Origin: Selaginella moellendorffii
Lineage: Eukaryota; Plantae; Lycopodiophyta
Reading direction: 5' to 3'
Assembly: GCF_000143415.4 (NCBI RefSeq)
Contig: NW_003314262.1
Coordinates: 3,482,405-3,546,404, forward strand
DNA: 64,000 nucleotides
The translations under genes were made by a program, and so were the position numbers. The notes beneath the pieces are model-generated. The model was given only the letters and a program-made list of their open reading frames with translations, ran no database searches and had not been told where the DNA came from. Each line of letters opens with the position of its first letter. Positions within the stretch are counted from its first letter, which is position 1. This document shows, in pieces, positions 1 through 10,088 of this stretch.

Positions 1-271
1 CGTGGAAACCTATGGAAACAACTTTGGAGCCTACGTGGAAACCATGATCGAAACAACTTTAGCTACGAGAATGACGAGAGGAGCTTTACTTTGGTGTCTT
101 TACGTATCAATCAACCAATCAATCAACATTACAGTGGGAACACTTCTTTGTTGCGTACGTTTAATCACAAGGGAAGAATCGTCTGACGGTATGTTGCCTA
201 AAGCGGCCGCGTGTGCTGTGTGTGTGTGTGATCATCAAATCAACTTTGATCTTTCATCGTCTCTCACCTAA

Positions 272-2479
272 CTAGTGGCGACTTTTCCAACTGGTCCGGG
301 CTCTTACAATCTCGGATCCACCCGTCTGCATCCGGAGGAGATGAATAAAGTCAAGCTGGGAAGGTGGCGCGGCTGCCGCTGCTGCTGCTGCCGCTGCTGC
401 TCCATTGATTGCCAGATGCCCCCCCCGCTCCGGATGCGTCAGAGACTCCACCATATCGGATTTGCTGCACTCGCGCCGGTACTCGAGCGTGATCCCAACC
501 AGGTGGTGGCTCTCGAGAATGTTCTGGGGAAGACTCTGCGCGTCCCATGGAAAAAGAAAGGAGTAAAGAAAAGAGCGAGCGAAGACGAAGACGAAGAGAT
601 CAATTAAGCAAAACGAGCAAGGCCAGGAAGACCAACGGAGAGATCACGCAAAAGAAGCAAGCCGGAAAAAGATGCCAAGGAAGGAGAGCAAGAGAAAGAA
701 GCAAGCCGGAAAATGAAACCAACGAAAAACGAACTTTGAAGAGATGAGAAGAAAGAGCGAACAACGAAGAGATCTAGCAAAGATCAAACATAGAAAAGAG
801 AGCACGAGAACAAAGAGATCAGGCAAAAGACGCAACAAACAACCGAAGAAAAACTCGGCAGGCCAAGAGTAAAACGAAGAGATCACAAGGGAGAAAAGAC
901 CGACCTCCATCATCCAGGTGAGATACTTGACGTTGTTTACGTGCTGGTTCATGTCCAGGTCGCTGTGCCGTGGCTGCGACAAGAGAAGAAACTCTTTCAA
1001 TCTGCGCTAGCTTTGCAAGATCAAGACGCTTTTACCGTGAGGTTGGAGCGGATGTAGCGCGTGTTGCTGTTGTCCAGCTTCTCAATCTTGGAGCACGACT
1101 CCTCGGGAATGAAGGCCGTTCTGGAGAGGAACCACGGCGAGATCTCGGCCCGGACCAAGTCCGGCATCTTGGATAGCCGTCTCGTGTCCTTGTGCATCAT
1201 CACCCAAGTGCTGCAAAACAGAAGCGAAACAGAAGCTTGAGAGACAAGTCCAACACTCCTTGGACACAACACAGCATCCAGGACAAAGAAAACACGTAAA
1301 GAACAGGGTGGTAGAGGGCGGAGAGAACAAACCTGGTGGCTCTTGCGAGAATGGAGCCCGTCTTGTAGTCGCGAACCAGCCAGTCCCGCCGCATGCCATT
1401 CTTCCCCGAGGCTCCCACCCAAGTATCAATCTCGAGAGCGTTTCCCCTGTAACGACGAAGATGGAAGATCTCCGCGAGTAAGAACACGAAGAAGAAGAAG
1501 AAGAAGAAATGGCGATGGTGGAGGAAATGAAACGTACCAGGCTGGATACCGCTCGACTTGCACTTGCATGCGCGTCACGACCCAGATGAGATTATTTCTT
1601 ATCATCTCATGCGTTGTGCCAAACCCGTTCCCGGCCAGCCCAGAGATGAGAACGTGATTCAGAGCTGTCTCCTGCAACAAAACGCCAAAGGTAACCACAA
1701 AAGCCTCCGAAGAACACGAGAAAGAAAGGAAAAGAAAAGAAGAAAAACAAACAAACAAGACATGCGATCGCGCTTCGCCGATCGATCGATATCTTTCGGA
1801 CCAACCAATCGATCGCTCGGGCAAAAGAGAGCGAGACAATGTCGAGAGTTTTTTTTTCTAGTACCTGGAAGAGATTGAGAAAGGTGTCGAGTGTGGCCGT
1901 CTTGTCCGGGCCGACCTCGTAGGAGCGCACCACGAACGTTTGCCGGTACACCACTCTCTCCACCAATCGCCCCTGCTTGAGCGTGTCCACGCCGCCGCCG
2001 CCATGGTGGTGGTGGTGGTGCTGTTCTTGATCCTCCACCACGCCGGGCACGATCGCAATCTGCGTCACTCCAGCGATGGCGGACAGAACCGCGCCGCTCA
2101 GCGCGTAGCTCGTCTCGGACGCCACCGAGAGCACCGCGGCGGCCTTCTGGGACAGCACGGAGCTGATCGAGAGGTACGGGAGGAGGGAGGAGGAGGCGGC
2201 GGAAGTGGTGGTGGTGGCGGCGGCGGCGGCGGCGGCGGAGGAAGAACTAGATGTGGGGGAAGCGGAGGAGGATGGAGAGGAAGTCGCCGCGGCGGCGGAG
2301 GAGGAGGAGGAGGAGGAGAGGAGACCATGGCCGCCATTCACTTTCACCTTTGGCGATGACGATGCTGCTGCTGCTGCTGCTGCTGGAGATTTGCGGTAGT
2401 GGTGGTGGTGATCCTCGGACGGCGAGCAGCACAGCGTTGCTCGCATCGTCGTCGTCATGGAGATCGATCCGGATCCCAT
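272..2479 (-). CDS. Plastid acyl-ACP thioesterase (Fat family), 6 exons (approx. 2479-1865, 1671-1538, 1449-1333, 1212-1035, 973-906, 535-272)
   Basis: Motifs YRQTFVVRSYEVGPDKTAT, GASGKNGMRRDWLVRD, DLDMNQHVNNVKY and TLEYRREC are split across GT-AG introns. The Ser/Ala-rich N-terminus resembles a transit peptide. Confidence 0.93.
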
Positions 2480-3309
2480 GTCCTTTTCCTTCTATGCCCG
2501 ATCGAGATCTCAGACTCCAAAAGGGAGGAGGGGTGAGAGAAATAAAATAAAAAAGACCCACGATGGATCTATCTATCCACTATAGTGCTAGTTGCTCTGT
2601 TCTTCCTCCTCTAGCTCGCTAGGTCTTTGTGCGCATAGAAGAAGAAGGAGATCGCGCTGGATCCAGCGACTTGGGTCGAAGATCGGAGCCCAATCGAGCA
2701 GACCCAAATCGCCCTTTGTGGCATCTGTGCATGCATGCAGCTCCAGATAGGATCGAATCAAAAAAAAAAAAAGAGAGAGAAGGAAGAACTCTTCTCTCCT
2801 CTCGCAAATTCTCACTCACTCTCTCTCTCCTCTCTCCTCTCGAAGGGGGCGAGGTGGGCTTTTAGAGTGGGCGATTTCTTGGCTGCCTCGTCTATGCTGC
2901 GCGCGCTATGCGGGCAATGTGGGTTGCGGATCGATGTGCGCGAGGAGGTGGGATGGCGAATTGGGGGCCACGCACGACTAGGGAAGATTTGGCGGTGGTT
3001 TGACACACAATGCTTCGTCCGGATCACGACACACCAAACTGTTTGTGTGTGGCCCCCCCCACAACGAATTCCCCTTTACTCCTTCCAACCCACGCGATTA
3101 AACGATCATCTGTGGAAATGCTCCAGGAATCCACGACAGAATCCTATTCCCCTACCCCATTGATGACAAGAAAAGAAATACCCCACATTATCTCTAAGAA
3201 CCCTAAAAAACAGAGCACTTTAATTATCCCCAAATTTATGACAAGCCCTAGAAATACCAAGAACCCTAAAAACAGAGTAGTACCGTTAAAAACCTGTCCT
3301 CCACTTGGA

Positions 3310-4512
3310 TCAGTTCTTGAGCTTCTTCGCCGCCCGCCCCGGCGCCGCCGCCGCCGCCACTCTCTTCCGCCCTCTCCCCACCTCCTCCTCCTCGTAGATC
3401 GGCTGCTTCTTACACACCCCGGTTCGCAGCTGGATCTCGATCGTGGCCGGAATGCTCAGCTCGGGCGGGATCATCACCGCGATCCGGGCCGCCCCCTTTG
3501 CGCACGCCGGGGTGGCGGCGAACCCCTCCTCGCCGCGCACCGCCTCCTTCTTAGGCCGCCCGCTAACGCACCCGATGAAGCTCCCCAGCGACCTCGCGAT
3601 CTTGGGCAGGACGAACAAGCACTGGTCCGGCAGCCCCGGGAGGACGATCATCCGCGGCGCGCACTGCTCGCCCTCGTCGTTCACGGTGGCCGGGCACCAC
3701 GGGAAGATGCTCACCTGGATGCCGAAGGGGCGGGGCTTGAACGCCAGCGCCTTGCGCCGCGCGATGGCCAGCTCGAACACCACCAGAAAGAAGCCGCGGC
3801 CCAGGTCCCGGCAGTGCTGGACGTGGCCGATCGCCTCGGCGTCGCCCAGCGCGTTGCGGATCCACTCCTCGGCCAGATCGCACGTCATGGTCACCTCCAT
3901 CCGCCAGAAGTAGAGCAGCACCGCGTGCCCGCTCAGTGTCTCCTCCGCCTCCTTGAGCTCCTCCTGGACGATGATCCTCCCCACCGCCAACTCCTTTCTC
4001 GGACCGGTTCCTCGCTCGAAAAGCATCTGATCCATATCCTCCTCCTCCTCGCCGCTCTCTTCTCCTCCTCCGCCACCGTTTGCTTCCACTGCCTCGTCCG
4101 GAGCCACTCCTCCATCGCCGCCAGCGTCCTCGGACGCGTCCTGCGACCGCTCCGCCTTGTCCTTGGTGATCCTGGTGGAGGAGCTTGGCTTGAGCCGGTT
4201 GGAGTTGCTGCTGATCCCGCGATGGTCGTGCACCTCCTCATCGTTGTCCACCGGCAGCGTGATCATCCCCAGCGCCTCTTCGTGGCTCCCAAACCCGTTC
4301 TCCTGCTGCTGCATCTTCCGCTTCGCCAAAAGTCTCGGTGACACCCTCCTCGGCACGCTCACTACCAGAGCCTCCTTGGCCTTTCTCTTGCTACCAGACG
4401 CTGTGCTACTACCTTTTGCCGCTGGAGTCTTGGGCGGCTTGGCTGCTGCTGCTGCTTTCGGGCTCGCCTTCTTCGATTTCCTGCTACCCTTTCCTCTTTT
4501 CTTAGCGGGCAT
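3310..4512 (-). CDS. Intronless protein: Lys/Ala-rich basic N-terminus plus DUF4283 (plant LINE ORF1-like) domain
   Basis: 401-aa ORF. DLGRGFFLVVFE..ARRKAL..FPWCP..IVLPGLP..IARSLGSFIG..ARIAV..QPIYE matches the DUF4283/L1-ORF1 pattern from memory. Confidence 0.65.
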   Translation of the reverse strand: MPAKKRGKGSRKSKKASPKAAAAAKPPKTPAAKGSSTASGSKRKAKEALVVSVPRRVSPRLLAKRKMQQQENGFGSHEEALGMITLPVDNDEEVHDHRGISSNSNRLKPSSSTRITKDKAERSQDASEDAGGDGGVAPDEAVEANGGGGGEESGEEEEDMDQMLFERGTGPRKELAVGRIIVQEELKEAEETLSGHAVLLYFWRMEVTMTCDLAEEWIRNALGDAEAIGHVQHCRDLGRGFFLVVFELAIARRKALAFKPRPFGIQVSIFPWCPATVNDEGEQCAPRMIVLPGLPDQCLFVLPKIARSLGSFIGCVSGRPKKEAVRGEEGFAATPACAKGAARIAVMIPPELSIPATIEIQLRTGVCKKQPIYEEEEVGRGRKRVAAAAAPGRAAKKLKN

Positions 4513-4713
4513 CACTGGAAAAAACCTTCATGCTTTTATATACCCTATGCTTTTCGGCTACGATCTCCTCCTTTTCTAACCCACCATAACCCAGCCTCTA
4601 CTACAAGCCGCCCATCCGATTCTAAATCGACGGCCACTGTAACTATTTACCGCGCGCCAACCAAAGTTTAAGTCCTTGCAGCTTGCCACGTACGTTTGCC
4701 ATGCACAGCACTA

Positions 4714-6869
4714 TCAATCTAGCCAGCGGCCACCATCATCATCATCGGTCCTCTCCAAATCTAATCCATTCCTGCTGCCCCTGTCGGATCGACACGACCG
4801 TTTCCTATCCCTGTCAGATCCATCCTCCTCCCGTTTCCTGTGTTTTCTATCATTTTCACCCGAGTGATGACTTCGCTCCGACCTGTACGAACTCCCTCTC
4901 GCCTGATCATACCTTCTTCCATTCTCTCGACTAGAGTGCGAGTGCCTGCGATGATCAGAACGCTGCTCCTTGTCCCGTCTTTGGTGATCTCTCCTGCTCC
5001 TGCTCTCAACCTCTTCAACTTGGAGACCGAAAAGACTGGCCATCTTCTGCTTCCATGACCTCGGCGGCGGACCTTCCCGGTCTGCCCACTCGTACTCACC
5101 ACCCGGGTTTCTAAAGCAGTGAAGGAAATTGCACGCTGTGCCCCGGGAGCACGTCTACAAGGAGCACAACGACAGTCAAGGAAACAGAAACTTCAGAAAC
5201 TAGGAATATAAATTCACCTGATGCGCTTTCATATACTCTCCGCAAAGTGCCGCTTTCCATTTTGAGACCCGGACAAACTCAGGAATCATCTGCCGAAACA
5301 GAGGTCAAACATAACGGTCAAATGGAATATCGAGCTAATACCTGTTTGCTGGCGTAAAATCTTCCACTCAAAGCAAGACACGCAGCAACCGCGTCCGCTT
5401 CAGACTGATAATGCACATATACGTTGCCACGCAAATGCGGTGAAGAATTTCGGCACACCTATATCCAAGCAATACATTAAGATTGCCACGCAAAACTTCG
5501 CAACGAACCTTAAAATTCACCAGCTCTCCGAACTTCAAGAACTCGGAATGCACGTCTTCGTAAAACTCTTCGAATTTCTGTTCAATCTCCTCATCCGTGC
5601 ACTGTTTCAAAAGAATATGAATATGCAAGAATGTACCGACACCCAAATGCCTATAACAGCGTTAAGGATAAAAAGAAAGGACGACTAAAAGAATATAAGC
5701 AGGATACAGATTCCCAGAGCTTCTTGATTCGGCTTGAATCCCTCCAACATAGAACCTTGGCCTCTCCATACCAATCGAGTAGCGAGCTTGATGAAAATTT
5801 CAGTCAAGGAAAAAGACTCTAATGTGGAAGAAGATGCGGACAGACCGACGAGACAATGCAGGTGCAGACACGAAAAAGAAAATGAAAACATACAAACCTC
5901 CAACCCTTCATCATGTTCCCAAGCCAATCCAGGCCCGGTGTACATGTTCTTGATAAGGAGGGTGCAAGACTTTTCTGGATACACATGAAGTCGACTGCAG
6001 CGAGGTCCAAATCTGCAAGCTCCAGTTTTTGTGTGGAAGGGGCAGTGGGTTTTGTCCTGCATCCACCGTAGGAAAAAAAAATTTAGCGTAAAAAACAGTA
6101 GCAGCATGGGAAATACGCTACAAACCTGCTCGGTACCATAGTTCGCAACTTGATCGATTCCATCGTAAGATTGTTTTCGAGGTAAAGCTAAGCGCGGAGG
6201 AGGAGAAGGATTGCGAGTTGGTCTATCATCTTTTCTCTGGATGACAAGAATATAAACAAGGATGGAAAATAAATAAATACATGAGAACCGAAAAAATAAG
6301 AGAGCCATACCTCCTTAGTATTTACTTCCGGCTTCTCCACCTTGGCTCCTACTTTAACTCTAGTTTTTCTGATAGTGATCTCATTTCCCTCCCAGATGAT
6401 CTCGGCAGGACCATCTTCATATTCCCCATCTTCTTCTCCTTCTTCCTTTTCTTGCTTCTCCAAAGGTACTTCTTTTTGCTGCGAAAGAAAAAACAAACAA
6501 ATGGAGCTCAATCCATCGACACGAGACAAAATCTCATACCTTTGACAATCTTTCTTGTTCCTTGCGCTGGAATTCCTCTTGCGCTTGCCGCTCTCTCTCC
6601 AACCAGCGCCTTTCCTCCTCCTCGTGTAATTTCCTCTCCAATTCCTCCCGCTGCGCTTCCAGCTCCAGCGCCTTGCGGATTCGGAGCTGCTCTTCCGGAT
6701 CCTGTAACCGCACCTCCTCTCGCAGCCTCTCCGCCTCGGCAATCCGCTGCCTACATTTCTTGCGCTTGATCTTCTTCCGCGCCTTGCGCTTCTCCTTGCG
6801 CCCCGAGCCAGACGTCTCACCTGGCTGCTGGCTCCCGGAATCCGGCCGCGCTGTGCAGGAGGACTCCAT
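4714..6869 (-). CDS. ZRSR2: U2AF35-related CCCH-UHM-CCCH-RS protein (ZRSR2/URP/RGH3 orthologue), multi-exon
   Basis: Charged coiled-coil N-terminus, [20 protein letters not shown] (ZnF1), UHM ([23 protein letters not shown]; [10 protein letters not shown]), [13 protein letters not shown] (ZnF2) and an RS/RD-rich tail. Confidence 0.92.
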
Positions 6870-6934
6870 CTTCCAAACCCTACAATCCAAGAACCCTAGA
6901 ATTGGTAGCAAGAATTTAAACGAATTTGAATTGG

Positions 6935-8111
6935 CTAGAACCGCGCGGGAGATTCCGTGAGGTCGATCACATCCCTGGCGCGAGCTCGCTTGGGTGTGGA
7001 GGAGAGAATGATGATCGGGGAGATCATCGAGCACATCCTCTTTCCAAATAACGGGGAGATCCCCGGCGTTAGCAAAACTGGTGACAAGATCACCACTGGA
7101 GTTTTTCGCGATTTGGGAGTCTTGGGCGTTTGCTCTTGCAGAAAAATATCAGCATCGCTGCTCTTGCTCTTCTTTTCTTTCCTCGCTGGAGGAAGAGAAA
7201 TCGTCTGTTTTTGAGAGGTCGAGTTGTTCGTAGTTTTCCTCTTTGCTGGACGAAAAAATTCTTGATCACTACTGTCGGGAGAAATCTCTGCGTGTCCTGC
7301 CTGTTCTTGGAAAGATCCCTGCGTGGTTCTCGTGCCTCGAGTAGGAGAGATCGAATCAACTGGTCCGTTTTCTTGAGGATTTTCTACAGTTTCCTCGTCA
7401 TCCAAAGTTCCCTCCTCGTCTCTTGATAAACAATCACTTCCGTCTTGTTCGTCTGCTGGATCTTCGCAATACTCTGCGTAGCTGGGAAGTTGATCCATAG
7501 ATCCAATGCAGCATCTCATCTGATCCGGTAAAGTCTGGCATCCCTTCCTGTGTTGTGCATGCTCGGACGAAAAGAACTGGACCGTAAGCTTCATCCTGCT
7601 AGAGAAAAAAAAATGTCAACCATGAAAGCATATCATCGTCCAAAAATACCTGGACCATTTTGGAGAGCACAACATCGCGTGAAGAATTTTAATCTTTCCT
7701 GCTATTCCTCGCAAATTTTTGGGCTTTACTTCTGCCGGAAGAACCACCTCCTTTGAAAGCTTTGGATGCTGCCATGCCCATTCAAACTGGGCAAAACCGA
7801 AAAATAGGAAAAAATCCCTTCAATCCAAATTCTTTACCTGAAGAGCATCCGTCTTCGATGAAAATCCATAAACGCAGAGAACCATCTCCCACGGCCTCTT
7901 CTTCTTGGTCCGGAACGCTCCACAAGTAATCTCTCCATTGTGCTGCCGGATTCTTCGTCGCGGATTCACGGTAAAACTGCCAAATTCTCTCAAACTCTTG
8001 AGATTCCTGTGCTATTTGAATTCCCGGCGCTTACCCGATGTAAGTCTGTCCCTTGAAGCGAGGATTGATGGATCGCAAGAGATAGCATCCGTAGAAGCGC
8101 CTAAGCTCCAT
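6935..8111 (-). CDS. SLX1: SLX1-like GIY-YIG structure-specific endonuclease, multi-exon
   Basis: Spliced translation [75 protein letters not shown]. Last exon lies in ORF 6935-7594. Confidence 0.92.
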
Positions 8112-8197
8112 CGCCTGCGCCAAAGAACCCTATCTCCAAGCCCATAAAATGTGACCGTTGTCATTCGTCCATCTCCTTTACGCCCTAGTCCTGTCAA

Positions 8198-8269
8198 GCC
8201 GTTCTAGCTCAGTTGGTATAGTAGTGGTTTTTAATAACGGGGTCGTGGGTTCAAATCCTACGGATGGCA
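8198..8269 (+). tRNA. tRNA-Lys(UUU), degenerate, probable pseudogene
   Basis: GCCGTTCTAGCTCAGTTGGTA..TTTTAA..GGTCGTGGGTTCAAATCC..GGCA keeps A/B boxes and acceptor stem, but the D and anticodon stems are mismatched. Confidence 0.7.
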
Positions 8270-8361
8270 ATCCATAAAAAATGAGTCTTAGCAAAGTAAT
8301 GTTGCTAAGCACTAATGAATTTCCAACCAATGAGAAAATCACGATTTCACGAAAATTTCAC

Positions 8362-9860
8362 TCATGCACACTTGGCTTTGTCCGGCTCATCGCTCTGCAA
8401 CCATTTCAAGAAGTTGACCCTTGCGCTCTTCGTCATCCCTGATCCATAGCGCGTCTGGAAGCAGTAGTCGATGCACATATCCGCCATGGTCTTCTTCACC
8501 TTCCTCATCCTCGGGTAGAACGCCAGGGGAAAGGAGCACGCCGTGAGCGCCTCCAAGCTCTCGAGGTTCGTCGTGGTGGCGTCCATGAAATCCAGGCACA
8601 TCCGGGCGTCCGACGGCATCATCTTGGGGATTTCCGCGCTGGCCGTGTCCTTGTAGATGAAGTAGAGGAGATGAGATCACAAAGCATATCTTGTTCTTAC
8701 TGATGATCCATGAGTTTCAAATAATTGTTCATAAGAGCCAAGAGAGCTTTTGTGTTGTACTTCTTCCGTGTATTCTTCTTGCATAAGAGAACCTTTCTAA
8801 GCATCACATAAAAGGCTGATCGCTAAGTGTTCATGCCTTGAACCAGCTGTTAGATCCAGCTCCTGTTCCTGCACCCCCTCCAAAGCCAGTTCCTTCCAAT
8901 CCTGAGCCGTCGAGACTATGTCCAGGGCCAGTGAAGATTTGGCATCGTGACTACAGTGGCATCGGCTCTTTTTCCACCAAAGGCCATGAGCTCTTGCTCC
9001 TGGAGCAAGAACTCATGGCAACGATAGACTTGGAGAAGAGCATGTGTCAACTCACTCTAACGTACTTATCGGCCAGTCCGAAAATCCCCAAGTGAGCCTG
9101 GATTTCATGGACCGTAGTACCTTTAACAATATACTTAGCATTATTTTTATAAATTCACGCTCTCAAAGATTATCACTTTAGTGGGCCTCGTGATCAAATC
9201 CTCTGGTCGTCGCCAAAATAGTGCTGCGCAAGAGAAGTTGATCAAGCTTGAGAAACTTTAGGAGAAAACTCACCTCGTTGATCTCGTTAAACTTCTCCCA
9301 TCGCTGGATGCACTATCACTGCTCGAGGCGCCATTCCGAAGCAAAAATTTGGTCACGACCAGGGTGCTCGATCGAACCTCTTTCTTGGCTTGCACTCTCT
9401 TGCGGAATGCATCCAAGAACAAGACCTCGATGATCTCCACATACGAGATTATATTTACTACCTCATTTTCGTTAAGTTTCAAGAGCTCAAGCGCGAATTG
9501 TTTCTACTCTCTGGATCGTTGCAATGGTTCAAAACTCGACCGCTTGATTAGAAAGAAACTATACCTCGCTAAGGATCTCGCTTTCCAACCCAAAGAAATT
9601 TGTAATCCGGAGCTGGCTCGACAGTGACTGTGACGAAGAAAAGAGAGAATCTGTCCAGAGAAATGTAAGAAACCGAGAAAAATACCAGCCACATTTCCAT
9701 GCTGAAACCGTTGATACACGATTCCGACGCATGCGCCATTGGAAATCTAAACTCCCATCAGGCAACGGCAAATCACGCTCTAAGAAATACCCAAACTATA
9801 CCTCATTCGGCAACATATTTGCATCCTCGGCTCACAATCATGCTTGGAGCGCCTAGACAT
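8362..9860 (-). pseudogene. Remnant fourth copy of the TPR-SET gene: 5' exons (approx. 9190-9860) and extreme 3' end (8362-8670), middle replaced by unrelated sequence
   Basis: LESLEALTA..FLKWLQSDEPDKA matches the C-terminus of the other copies. ATGTCTAGGCGCTCC at 9860 and the TGATCACGAGG / GAGGTGAGTTT blocks match their 5' exons. Confidence 0.75.
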
Positions 9861-10088
9861 CACTCACCGCGCGAGGACAAAGAAAAGAAAAGGAACCGAC
9901 ACCGGATTAATACCTCCTCTCGCTCTAAAACTTCTAAAACCCAAACACCGGGGCACAGAGATTTCAGCGAAGCCATCTTGTCATTGTGAAACCACCGTCC
10001 AAAGTTTCGTGCGATATTTTTTCTTCTTGAAAAAAACGAGACGCGTTGTTACAACTTGATGGAAGAAAGTGAGAATGGAAGACGTACC

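Noticed and set aside
1940-2561. Poly-Gly, poly-Pro and poly-Arg ORFs
   Set aside because: Alternative frames of trinucleotide repeats in the thioesterase N-terminal exon.
3010-4341. 443-aa plus-strand ORF
   Set aside because: Antisense shadow of the GC-rich DUF4283-like gene; no recognisable domain.
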